A DNA stretch of 62,878 nt, the filler included, from Pirum gemmata (Eukaryota): NCBI GenBank assembly GCA_002812295.1. It is 21 parts of 21 records of this genome, joined end to end, with 100 filler letters (N's around TTAATTAATTAA, not from the genome) between each part and the next. Parts side by side here need not be neighbours in the genome. Positions count along the whole stretch, not along the records: positions 23,960 to 26,812 come from PDIN01004189.1; positions 26,913 to 29,807 come from PDIN01004190.1; positions 29,908 to 32,822 come from PDIN01004191.1; positions 32,923 to 35,817 come from PDIN01004192.1; positions 35,918 to 38,832 come from PDIN01004193.1; 16 more parts are not named here. One strand, given 5' to 3'. The notes under the pieces were generated by a model that saw nothing but the letters and a program-made list of their open reading frames with translations, searched no databases and was not told where the DNA came from. The position numbers were made by a program, and so were the translations under genes. Positions 25,362 to 37,499 of this stretch are shown here, in pieces (within the stretch, counting starts at the first letter, position 1; each line of letters begins with the position of its first letter).

Positions 25362-27709
25362 CTACTATTAAAATTACATACTATTATTATTATTACTGTA
25401 TTATCATCATTCGCAAGTCGCAACTACCGCATAAAATAAAATCGCATTACTTTATCTATATTTAGAATCATATAGTAATTTTGCTACTTTATTTAAATAT
25501 TTCTCTACTAAATATGGTAGTATTAATAGCTTTGTGAACTGGCAGTGTGCTTTGTGTGTAATATTTCGCTGATTCCCCCCCCCCATGTTTTTCAGCGTTA
25601 AAAATGGATTNNNNNNNNNNNNNNNNNNNNNNNNNNNNNNNNNNNNNNNNNNNNNNNNNNNNNNNNNNNNNNNNNNNNNNNNNNNNNNNNNNNNNNNNNN
25701 NNNNNNNNNNTCGTTGTCCCAATAACAACCAGTCGGGGTTTTCCAATAATTTCCCCACCTGTGAATCAAAAAAAAAAATAACATTTTTATCACCTATCAG
25801 ATATAGAAAAATCAAAAAAGCACTTCGAAAAATATCAATGTATGTATACGGTGTATTTCTATATTTGTGAAGTGATAAAAATTATTTGGCAGTACTAGTG
25901 GGTCTGTCTGAGATAACACCACAGGATAACACCATCCTAACCCTTTAACCCTAACCCTAACCTTAACCCTACTAGCCCTGTCTCTGACCCTAACCTAACC
26001 CTATGATAACCCTAACCAGAAAGAGTCACAACCAAGCTTTCGAATTTGCTAACCCTAACCCTAACCCTAACCCTAACCCTAACCCTAACCCTAACCCTAA
26101 CCCTAACAGCTAGCTAGCTAGCTAGCCTACCGGTATACCCTAACCCTAACCATAACCTTAATTAACTCTAAAACCCTAACTCTAACGTTCACAACCAAAC
26201 CTGAATTTTCGAATTTGATCGATTATAAAAAAAATCAAAAAATAATAAATAAATAGGTTTGAACTTTTGAATAATAATTAAAATTAATAATTGTATGATA
26301 AAACATTGCGAGCAAAAAACTTATTCCAAAGTAAAAAAAGAAATATTTATATAGTAATAACTAGATAATATAATATATTACAATGTCATTAAATATTTTT
26401 ATTAATATTAATATTTTTATCATTATTAATGATAAAAAGTTATAAGCGTCAGGGTTAATTAAAAGTCTAGGAGTAAGATCGGCAGGTGAATGCGCTGGTT
26501 TAAATATTTTAAATTCGGTTTTAATTTTAGTTTTGGATTTGGTTTTGGGTTAGCGATTTATAATTGGGACAGGGTTAAGGTTGGGTTAGGGTTAAGAATT
26601 CTATTAGGGTAGGGTTAGAGTTAGGGTCAAGGTTATAATTAGGATTAAGGTACCAGCTCAAAGGTTACTGTTAGGGTAAAGGTAATTATAAGGGTTAGGT
26701 TTAAGGTTCGGGTTGGGCTTAACTTAACGGTCTGTGTTTTAAAATTGTTGTCGTTAATAATCATTGTTGCTGTTATGGTTGTTGCTGTTGTTGTTGTTGT
26801 TGTTGTTGTTGTNNNNNNNNNNNNNNNNNNNNNNNNNNNNNNNNNNNNNNNNNNNNTTAATTAATTAANNNNNNNNNNNNNNNNNNNNNNNNNNNNNNNN
26901 NNNNNNNNNNNNTAATCTTCAGATACCTAACCCTAACCCTAACCCTAACCCTAACCCTAACCCTAACCCTAACCCTAACCCCAACCCTAACCCTTACCCT
27001 AACTCTAACCTTAACCTTAACCCTAACCCTAACCCCAACCCTAACACCAACCCTAACCCTAACCTTAACCTTAACCCTAACCCTAACCTTAACCCAAACT
27101 CAAACTCAAACCCAAACCCAAACCCAAACCCAAACCATTTTGAAGTTAAATTAAAACAAAATCCTATATTACACTTATCATCTAAAGTCGTACTGTGCTT
27201 AACAAACATACAGGTTACATTCATAGTAGCTGTCATAGTCATAATCAACATATGCACAATCTTCAATAATATTATACGCTTAAACAAATTTACAATTGTA
27301 AATTATTCATAAACTTTGTCATCCATTCCGACTCGACTACTTGTAAATAAAAGGTTTGCCATTTATTATAAACACCCCCGAACTTATTGAAGCTGTCGAT
27401 CAGCTTTCGATTAGCTTTCGATCAGCTTATTATACAATTGTTATCATGAGGTCTAAGTATGAGGAAAAGGCGGGTGACGTCACAATAGTATTTTCTTCCA
27501 CGATGTGTGAGGCAATGTGAAGAAAGTTGAATTTTTTATATTAATAATATGAATTACTATATATGAAAGTAACTATTACTATATATGAAAGTAACTATTA
27601 ATTAATTACTATATATGAAAGTAACTATTAATTAATTACTATATATGAAAGTAACTATTATTATTTCTCTATTTTAAAAGTCAAACCAAGGGGGAAAAAA
27701 AGGGGGGGA

Positions 27710-29496
27710 TTAATGCGGAAGTTTTATGTTCACGCTTCCTAAAGCATTAATAGCCCACAGAGGATAGTCTTTTGTAGGATACATCTTTGCCATAAAATTA
27801 ATAACAAAATCAACAAATTTATCTTCAATTATGCTTTCTCTTAAAGATTGCATCAATGTTAGTTGATAAGCAATATTATGAATAGTTACTAAATGGCATG
27901 CCACTTCCTCTTGACCCATTATACTATGAAGGTACGCACGCGTATAGTTTTTACTGTGTTTGATAAGGGGTTAGGGTAAGGGTTAGGGTTAGGGTTAGGG
28001 TTAGGGTTAGGGTTAGGGTTAGGGTAAGGGTAAGGGTTAGGGTAAGGGTAGGGTTANNNNNNNNNNNNNNNNNNNNNNNNNNNNNNNNNNNNNNNNNNNN
28101 NNNNNNNNNNNNNNNNNNNNNNNNNNNNNNNNNNNNNNNNNNNNNNNNNNNNNNNNNNNNNNNNNNNNNNNNNNNNNNNNNNNNNNNNNNNNNNNNNNNN
28201 NNNNNNNNNNNNNNNNGGGTTAGGGTTAGGGTTAGGGTTAGGGTTAGGGTTAGGGTTAGGGTTAGGGTTAGGGTTAGGGTTATATATAATAACATATTTA
28301 AAATAATATATATTTACCAGGTGCTACAAGGACAATCAGAATTAATAGGTGAAAAGTCATAACTGTATTTGTTTTGCCTTAAATTCAAAGATCCTAACAT
28401 TTTTTAAAAAATTGTTTCAAAATTAAAAAAAAAAAAAAAACATTACTATGTTGGTTTGTAAGAAAGGGGGAGTACGACAACGAAAACTCAAAACTAAAAT
28501 ATAAAAAATAAGTAAATGAAAAAAGAGTTATGTAGCAAAAATTATCAGTCAGAAAGAATGAAAAGAAAACGGATAATGTTAGGGTAAGAGTTCGGATTAG
28601 GAATAAGATTAGAGCTAGGGTTAGCGTTAGCGTTAGCGTTAGCGTTAGCGTTAGGTTTAGCCTTAGCCTTAGGGTCAGGATTAACGTCAATTAGCGTTAG
28701 TGTTAGTGTAAGCGTTAGCGTTAGAGCGTTAGAGTAATAAGGTTAGAACGATAGCTTAAGCGTTTATGCTGAGGTTAAAGTTAAAGCAAGGTTAAGGTTA
28801 GGCAATACTACTAAAATATAAAAAACAAGTAAATGAAAAAAGAGTTATGTAGCAGAGATTATCAGTCAGATAGAAAACCAAAAGAAAATGTTAGAGTAAG
28901 AGTTAGGATTAGGAATAGGGTTGGCGTTAGCATTAGGATCAGGGTTAGCATTAGCATTAGGATCAGGGTTAGCGTTAGCATTAACGTTAGCGTTAGAGTT
29001 AGAGATAAAGTTAAAGAGTTAGGGCCTTATACCTAGCGGTTTAGGGTCAGGATTAACCTCAGTGTCTGAATTAGAGTTAGTGTTAGTGTTAGTGTTAGTG
29101 TTAGTGTTGGTGTTAGAGCCTTAGAGCCTTAGAGCCTTAGGGTTAGAGCGATAGCTTAAGGTTAGGGTTAGAGCGATAGCTTAAGGTTAGGGTTAGAGCG
29201 ATAGCTTAAGGTTAGGGTTAGAGCGATAGCTTAAGGTTAGGGTTAGAGCGATAGCTTAAGGTTTGTGTTAGGGTTAAAGTTAGGGCTAAGGTTAGGGTTA
29301 GAGTAAAGCTCAAGGTTAAGGTTATGCAATACCTGTCTCCACCAAAGCCATCCCAAACCGAGCTGTTCTTGTGGGAAATACACAGTCATACATATCAACA
29401 CCTAACGCTGAGCAAACTACTAAATCCGTGGCATAACCAACACCCATACAATAACGAGGTTTTTCGTCAGGAAGCAAGTCAGTGCAAATATCCACT
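27710..29496 (-). CDS. QTRT1: Queuine tRNA-ribosyltransferase catalytic subunit, last three exons (29496-29333, 28393-28318, 27953-27710)
   Basis: GT-AG splicing gives a continuous frame [111 protein letters not shown]..., with the TGT catalytic DCVFPTR motif and zinc ligands CxCxxC...H. Confidence 0.95.
29141..29260 (+). repeat. 25-nt telomere-derived minisatellite inside a QTRT1 intron
   Basis: About five tandem GGTTAGGGTTAGAGCGATAGCTTAA units. Confidence 0.9.
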
Positions 29497-30707
29497 CTAA
29501 TAATATTGTAAAATGGATAAGAAAATGGTTTTAACAATGCAAAAAACCCTAACCCTAACCCTAACCCTAACCCTAATCTACATTTACAACAATTACAACC
29601 CTAACCCTAAGTTACTTAAGTGATTTTAAAATCTGATTTTTGGAATTTTAGTAAACCAGTGACAGTTTGATTTTAAAATTGAAACAAGTTAGTTTGTTTT
29701 TTTGAAAGAAAATAAGGTAAGTATATATGGGTGTTAGGGTTGGGGGTTAAGGTTAGGGTTAGGGTTCGAGTTAGGGTTGGGGGTTAGGGTTAGGGTTAGG
29801 GTTAGGGNNNNNNNNNNNNNNNNNNNNNNNNNNNNNNNNNNNNNNNNNNNNTTAATTAATTAANNNNNNNNNNNNNNNNNNNNNNNNNNNNNNNNNNNNN
29901 NNNNNNNTTTCGAGCCCTGGTAGTCAAAAATAACACACAAAATTTCAATGTGGGGACTTTTTGTGTTGTATGAGAATAAACAAACAGACTGGGAATAAAG
30001 ACAAACGACTATAAAAACAATAAGTGCAACAGCAACAAAACCATCACAATTAATCACAAGCAAAACCCTATAACACAATCTGACATAATCACAAATCGTG
30101 AGAACAACTACGAGCACATTCATCATAATAGTTCCTGAAAAAATTTTAATGCAATGATATTTTTCGAAACTTTTATAAAAAAAAATTTTTTACTTCACAG
30201 CAAAAAAAAAAAAAAAAGGATAATTAATGGATCAACCAAAATTACAAAGATTGGGCTGTGTGTAGGCTAGTCTACTACAGATATATTCGGTATTTTTTTT
30301 TTTATCTGAACTTGGAAAATCATGGAACTAAACGAATCACGAAACTATGCGATTCTACGCTATAAAGGCGATTCTACTCATAATAAAAATTAAAAACAAA
30401 AACAAAAGGAAAAACAAAGTCACCAAACGAATGAATTAACACAAGAGATAAAGAGGAAACCAAAGAAAACCATTTTTACAGTAGCAAACTTCTCTTACAC
30501 AAAAGAAAATAAGGAATTGACATATAATAATAATTCGAAAACAATAAATTTAAAGAAAAGGAGAACACGGTTAACGCCACATTAATAAATGTATATTTAG
30601 GTATATACATCTATTGTGTTGCCCCGAGGTGAAGGTGGAGTTAAAAATGCAAAATCAGATCACTTAGCCTCACCCCCAGACAACAACAAAACAAAATTAA
30701 TAATATT

Positions 30708-32663
30708 TTATTTCGTTGACGCTTTCCGTGGTCTCCTGTTTCTTGTAGCCATAATTTCAATACCCTCAGATTCTTGCTTTTTACTTGCTTTGGCAGTCGT
30801 CTTTTTGGCTGGTGTGGCTTTTTTGGCTGGTGTAGCTTTTTTGGCTGGTGCGGCTTTTTTGGCTGGTGTGGCTTTTTTGGCTGGTGTGGCTTTTTTGGCG
30901 GCGGCGGCGGTTGGTTTTTTTTCAGCCGTGGTCTTTTTGGAAGGCTTAGGGGGGGTGATCGTCTTTTTTTCAGCTTCAGCAGTCTTTTTTTCAGCTGCTG
31001 CTTTTTCAGCTGCTGCTTTTTCAGCTGCTGCTTTTTCAGCTGCTGCTTTTTCAGCTGCTGCTTTATTAGCTGCTGCCGCCGTTGGTTTTTTTTCTGCTGC
31101 GGCTTTCTTGGCTGCAGCTACAGTTGGCTTTTTTTCGGTTGTGGTCTTTTTGGCGTCGGCTGCCTTTTCAGTTACAGTGATTTTCGCGACTTCTGTTTTT
31201 TTGGTTGGAGACTTTTTTGCTGACCCTTTAGCTGGAGTACTAAGTTTTCCTAAAAGGTGAACATAACATCATTGTATTGTAAGTTATTATTTTATGCTTG
31301 GTGTTTTTAAGTATGGTGGTATTTCGTATTTCGTATGTGTATTGAGCATATAATGTATATAGATTTCACTATTTGATATCTCTATTATTTCCTATTTCCT
31401 ATTTTTAATTAGTATAGTAGTATTAAAAGTAAGAAATATAAAAACCAAATTCACAATGTTGAACAGCAATATTAACCTTTTGCGGGAGTATTATCTTCAG
31501 CTTTTTTCTCTTCTGCTTTGACTTCCTTTACGTCAGCTTTCTTAGCTTTTGGCTTTCTTGTGGTGGTCTTTTTTGGAGCTTTAATGGCCGGATTAGCATT
31601 CCCGCCAGGTGCAGGAGGTTTACCTTGATTAGGTAACATCATTTTACCCATATACTGAAAAGAATCTGGGGCAGGTGGTCGTTGCTGTGGATTGTAACCG
31701 AAGCTTGCTATGCGACCCATTTGTGGACCAGGTTGTCCAGGTTGTCCAGGTTGTCCAGGTTGTCCAGGTTGTCCAGGTTGTCCAGGTTGTCCAGGTTTTC
31801 CAGGTTGTCCAGGTTGCCCAGGTTGTCCAGGAGGGGGTGCACGGGGTGCGATACCTCCTTGTTGACGAGGTGCAATGGAAATACTTCCCTATTAAAGAGA
31901 AATTAGAATTAATATTTACACCAAATCGTCCGAGTACATCGCAAAAATAAAAATTGAATCGAACTAAATTAAATTGGATTGAATGGATAAAATAAAACTG
32001 AAAAACTGAATAATTTAAAATTGAAAAAAAGTTAAAGGTGAGAGTGAAATAATAACACTAATTTTAGTAAAGTTCTTTTACCGAGCGCTGAGGAGGTTTG
32101 TTTGGTGGTACATACTGATGCATAATAGGCGGTTTTTTTGCATCAGGTCCTTCACTATCAGCGCCCCGTTTCTTTGGTCTTCCTTTCTTCTTATCAACCG
32201 CTTCCTTTTTTCCTTTGGTAGCAGGAGAACTGTTATTACCAGCACTAGCATCAACCCAACGTATCTGATTTTGAACAAAGTGCTGTGGATTGGGAGGATA
32301 TGGGATAGGGGCTGCGGCGATGGGTGCACCAGGTTCCGAAGGGCGTCTGCGATTGGACAACACATCAAAAATAAAAAATATGACAATAACAAAGGAGTCA
32401 AATGATGCATTAATTTGAAATTACGAGGATAACTAGCAATAATTATAATATTGATTATGATACGAAAATTTACCTTGGGATTGCAGTTTTCCCAGGTGGT
32501 GGAAAATTTGGTGTAGCACCTGGAGTAGTTTTGGCAGATTTTTTGGCTGGAGCTTTTTTCTTGGTACTTTCTTTGGAGTCTTTAGCAGAAGTTTTGCCTT
32601 TTGTTTTAGGTGGAGGTTTAGCTTTACCTTTTTCTTTTCCTTTTTCATCAGCTGGGGGTGCAC
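30708..32663 (-). CDS. Low-complexity Lys/Ala/Pro-rich protein with an H1-tail-like C-terminus, 5'-partial; exons 32663-32474, 32346-32082, 31888-31477, 31249-30708
   Basis: Four exons join in frame through GT-AG sites. The product contains KKGRPKKR (AT-hook-like), (PGQ)n, (EKAAA)n and (PAKKAT)n and ends RRPRKASTK*. The plus-strand ORFs here are antisense shadows. Confidence 0.8.
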
Positions 32664-33706
32664 CTAGTGAAATAATTGATATTATGCCAAAACAACATTA
32701 AAAATTTGTGTAATTCAAAAAATAGAAAACATAATATACTATTACAATATAGGGTAACATAATATCATATATCACAATGCAATGTACTACAATGCAATGT
32801 GTAATATAATATAATATAATATNNNNNNNNNNNNNNNNNNNNNNNNNNNNNNNNNNNNNNNNNNNNTTAATTAATTAANNNNNNNNNNNNNNNNNNNNNN
32901 NNNNNNNNNNNNNNNNNNNNNNATAATTATTATTATTATCAGCATACTTAAAAATAATAAGCTAGGTGTATAACATTAATAATAATGATTATGAATATCA
33001 GAAGTTCTTGAAATCAGATGGGAAGAAACAAATTAAAACAATTAAAAACTATTATCGTAGCTAGAGATCTGTAGCTAGCTAGGATATTAACAGCTTGAAA
33101 AAAACCTCACCCCAAGGAAGGGTAGGAGGAAGGTAGGTATGAACAGTGTATGAACCTATCATACTACTATCCATCGGATAAATAGCTAGTGATTGATATC
33201 GTGTTTTTCCAGCTCAAAAACTGAAATAAATTATTATTATGGTTAAACTATCAGACATGTTTTAATTAATTTGGTATTATATANNNNNNNNNNNNNNNNN
33301 NNNNNNNNNNNNNNNNNNNNNNNNNNNNNNNNNNNNNNNNNNNNNNNNNNNNNNNNNNNNNNNNNNNNNNNNNNNNNNNNNNNNNNNNNNNNNNNNNNNN
33401 NNNNNNNNNNNNNNNNNNNNNNNNNNNNNNNNNNNNNNNNNNNNNNNAAAAAAAAAAAAAAAAAAAAAAACTGGTGTGGTGAAGAAACGAAAAAAAAGTC
33501 AGAAAATAGCTAGGAGTAGCTAGAGCTGGCAAATAGAGTAGTAGACTACAGCAGCACAGCTCGCTACAGTATCGATAGATTGTCGTAGCCTCGTAGGTCT
33601 ACCAGAGGGTCTACCAGGTAGTTTGTTTAGGAAAACAAAGCAGATTCAACAATTCAGCACAATTTCAAAACACTCACAAACTATATATAAAAGAAGAGAT
33701 TTTTAT

Positions 33707-33770
<64 letters not shown>

Positions 33771-33945
33771 AAAAAAAGTAAAAAAAGAAGAAAAAAGGTA
33801 AAACAGAAAAGAAAAAAATAAAATTCGACTAGAAATTAACACAATTTACACAAAAGCTTCACCAAAAAGAAATAATAAATCATATACATAAAAAAAATAT
33901 AATAAAAAAACACATACAAAAAAAAAAAAAAGGAAAAAAGGAAAA

Positions 33946-35073
33946 ATGAAATTCTCAACAACAGTCCTCACTTTTTATTCTGTTGCTCTTACAGTTTCGT
34001 CTGAAAAGTATTACGGCATTCCTAATCATCAGAAAAAACTAGTCCACTTACCGACTTACAAGCCCATTTTACACAAGGTTCCCACGTACGAAGTGTACAA
34101 TGCTAATGCGTGGACATACGATTCAAAATTGGAAGAAGTGCACTCTTTTGACCCCCACGCTTACGATGAAGTATTAACATATAACGAAAAGAGAGTTTAC
34201 AAACCAGTTTATTCCCCAACCGAAAAAGAGTATGAAAGCTATAAGATACATCAAGATGATGTAGAGACTTTTAAAACTAAAAAAGTTGACTTAAAATGTG
34301 TGGAAAAAGGATTTGAGCTCGTAGATACATACAAGGCCAAAAAAGTGAAGAAATATACTTGGAAAGAATTTTACAACAAAGTAGAGGTGTGGGAATTTAT
34401 TCCAGATGCAGAATACAAACCTAAACCCCAGTACCCAGAACCTGAGCCAGAATATCCTGAACCTGAGCCAGAATATCCTGAACCTGAGCCAGAATATCCT
34501 GAACCTGAGCCAGAATATCCTGAACCTGAGCCAGAATATAGGAGATCAACTGATTATAAATCAGAGTACAGACCAGCTAATTACAAACCAGAGTATGGAA
34601 AACAAAATTCTGTGAAAGGAAAATGGAAAAAGATCACCATCAAAATTCCAGAATGGAAAAAAGTAGAAATACATGTACCTGAATACGAACAACACAAAAA
34701 GAAAGTTCCAACCTACAAAATTGTGGATAAAAAACTCGACACTTACGAAATTGTAAAGGAAAAGGCAGAACGGTATGAACCAGAATACAAAACTATGAAA
34801 ACCTACAGACCACGAAGACAGAAATTTTATGAGTACGAAGAGCACAAGACTAAAGTACAAAATTGCAAACCTATCACTAAGAAAGTGACAAAGTATCATA
34901 AAAAGCAAGTTAGTGTCCCAACTTACAAAGTCAAATACAGCAAAGCACCGACATTCACCATTGTTGATGAGTTGGTACCGGCTTATTACACTGATTTCAA
35001 AAAAGAGAAACATTATGTAAAACCAACTTACCGAATTGATTATGATGAAGTTAATTATGGTGACGAGTATTAA
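33946..35073 (+). CDS. Secreted Tyr/Lys/Glu/Val-rich repetitive structural protein (375 aa, single exon)
   Basis: Signal-peptide-like MKFSTTVLTFYSVALTVSS, about 10-aa repeats ending V-x-x-Y, and a central (YPEPEPE)x5. A TATA-like TATATATAAA lies at 33682, upstream of an A-rich leader. Confidence 0.85.
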   Translation: MKFSTTVLTFYSVALTVSSEKYYGIPNHQKKLVHLPTYKPILHKVPTYEVYNANAWTYDSKLEEVHSFDPHAYDEVLTYNEKRVYKPVYSPTEKEYESYKIHQDDVETFKTKKVDLKCVEKGFELVDTYKAKKVKKYTWKEFYNKVEVWEFIPDAEYKPKPQYPEPEPEYPEPEPEYPEPEPEYPEPEPEYPEPEPEYRRSTDYKSEYRPANYKPEYGKQNSVKGKWKKITIKIPEWKKVEIHVPEYEQHKKKVPTYKIVDKKLDTYEIVKEKAERYEPEYKTMKTYRPRRQKFYEYEEHKTKVQNCKPITKKVTKYHKKQVSVPTYKVKYSKAPTFTIVDELVPAYYTDFKKEKHYVKPTYRIDYDEVNYGDEY

Positions 35074-35950
35074 AAATAACTAGCTAATATTATAATTAAC
35101 AGAAATATTGTAAAGCAGTTTGGATTGTATTGTACTTTCTTTCTTTTTTTTAAATTATATTAATAAACGACAACAACAACACCAATTTCCTACTCTTTTT
35201 TCAAAAATATCGTAATTTCAAATTCAGAAGTTCATAATAATATTATAAACATGAATGTAGCACTTAATTAAAATTTCATTTCAATCTTACGAAATATTGG
35301 TACGATATAATATTAATTAAAATATTAATAAATATTATATTAGAAGCCAAAGCAAAACTATATATAGCACGTATTGATTCAATGGAAAACAAACAAAATA
35401 AATACCCTATATATATTATAGCTACGCTAATATATATTTGGGACCCTAGGGTCTGTCGGAATTCGACATATTATATATAATTATAGAATGTAATAATAAT
35501 ATTATATATTATAATTATACTCTATAATAATATTAATATTAATGTATGTATATAATTATGCACTCTTGCATTGCCAACATTAATTACACTTCTATAATAT
35601 TAAATTAATTATAATCAATGTCAATTTGAAAGTACCTTTATTTCATTTTTTTTGATAAATCGAAATGGAAATGGCGGAGGAGCTGCGTTTGTGACTTGCT
35701 TACTGTACGTTTCTGCAACTCTTTATATCATAGCTCCGCATGCGGTTAGACCACACAACACAAAAACACATTTCAACAAAATACTAATATTATATTATAT
35801 TATTATTATTATTATTANNNNNNNNNNNNNNNNNNNNNNNNNNNNNNNNNNNNNNNNNNNNTTAATTAATTAANNNNNNNNNNNNNNNNNNNNNNNNNNN
35901 NNNNNNNNNNNNNNNNNTTAGGGTTAGGAACCCGCAGTCTACCCCAGGTA

Positions 35951-35995
<45 letters not shown>

Positions 35996-36968
35996 CATAA
36001 ATAGCAACCATCAATAATAACTATAAATACAATCATCATGATGGTGAATGATTCATAATAATATAATAACATTAATAATGATGACAATTTTATTAATAGT
36101 AAATTTAAATACCCTGCGGCATGTATAACGTGGCAAAGAGTAAAAAACATAATTCAGCATAAACTGTTATTTTTTTAAGTGTAATTATAGACTAATAATT
36201 TTTAACAAAATTTGTTATTGTTATAGTATTATTGTTTGTCTAGTGTTTTTTTTTTTCTTTTTTTGCCGAGAAGTCTCGTAGTAGTAGTCTCGTGGTCAGC
36301 TAGCTAGTTACTAGCTATAGTAGCTAATAGCTAGAGACAGAATTTTTTGGAATCAATTTACGACGCAAATTTTTTCGTGTACTTTAAATTGATAGCTAAA
36401 TTGTTCCGCTTTTTTTCGAAAAAAAAAAAACCAAAAAAAATTTTTTTATTATTATTTGTCAAATTGAAAAATGTCTAAAATGTTTCGATTCGATATTCGA
36501 ATCAAAAAAGTGATGTTTTTTTCAGAAAACCGGCATGAATTTATGCCTATGGCATAAATTTATGACGTGTTGACGAACAGAGACTAGCTAGCTAGAGGCC
36601 ATATTACTTTTAGAGTCTTTTAGTCTACCGGTAAACAGTGCAAAACTATCGATACGACGATACAGATATACAGAATCACATTACAGATTGTACTGAAAAA
36701 CTATAGCCAAATAATTGGCCATTGGTTCATAGTCTAATAGCAATTTTATCCAGCATGGTCCGGTCCGCCCGCATGGATAAAAAAAATCATAAAATAAACA
36801 ATAAATAGTACCAAATTAATACAATACAAATCCATTTAATTTAATTTGGTATATTTTATTATTTATATGTATTGATTTAAAAATGACAAATTAAATATTA
36901 TAACCCTCCAAATAAATATTCGGAGTGACAAAATAAATGAAAGGCACGATAGACTATCATAATAATTA

Positions 36969-37091
36969 GGGAGTGTCAAACGCCAACAACAGCTTCAAAT
37001 ACCTCTACCTACCTACCCGTCGACGTCAATTGCCGGTCAAATACCACCTACCTACCTACCCCTTGACGTGACGTATTATTTCAACGCTCCT
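36969..37091 (+). mobile_element. MITE family C copy (internally deleted)
   Basis: GGGAG...AACGCTCC ends with the CAGCTTCAAATACC-CTACCTACC core, as in 60053-60197. Confidence 0.75.
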
Positions 37092-37277
37092 ATAATATTT
37101 TTATGATGATGATAGGTCTACAGAAAAAAAATACTAGGATTCGATCTACCAGTATTTATTACCGGTATTACTATAAATGGTATAATCTTTGAAAATGTGT
37201 AAAAAGTTACTAAATATAGCTATTTCATTTTAGTTTTCATTTTAATTTTTTTGTTTGAGAAGTCTAGCTAGTACTAA

Positions 37278-37499
37278 GGGGTGAGATATCTACTGGAACT
37301 TTTTTCGAACAGATGCTTATCGAGCCAACCTTAGTTCCGTGTTTCTTACTAATAATAGCAGTTAAGCAGCTTAAAATAGTAAATCTAGTTATAGCAGATA
37401 CTAATTAAAGTAATAGTATTAACATTAATAGTAATAAAACCATAAATCGGAAAAGTTCCGCAACTGTTTGGTAATAATAAAATGGCGTCATCTCACCCC
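37278..37499 (+). mobile_element. MITE family D (TIR GGGGTGAGAT)
   Basis: Perfect 10-nt TIR GGGGTGAGAT/ATCTCACCCC. A second highly similar copy lies in the opposite orientation at 51897-52122. Confidence 0.85.

Noticed and set aside
26926..27135. CCCTAA array at a fragment start as a true chromosome end or nanochromosome cap
   Set aside because: Non-telomeric bases precede it, arrays are commonly internal, and fragments cut through genes, so fragment ends are assembly breaks.
27552..27660. 31-bp tandem repeats (also a 56-bp duplication at about 20139-20250) as a CRISPR-like array
   Set aside because: No unique spacers, eukaryotic context and no cas genes.
30616..31260. Plus-strand hydrophobic ORFs (AAAFS and FFGWC repeats)
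   Set aside because: Antisense shadow of the Lys/Ala-rich minus-strand exon, which has proper splice sites.
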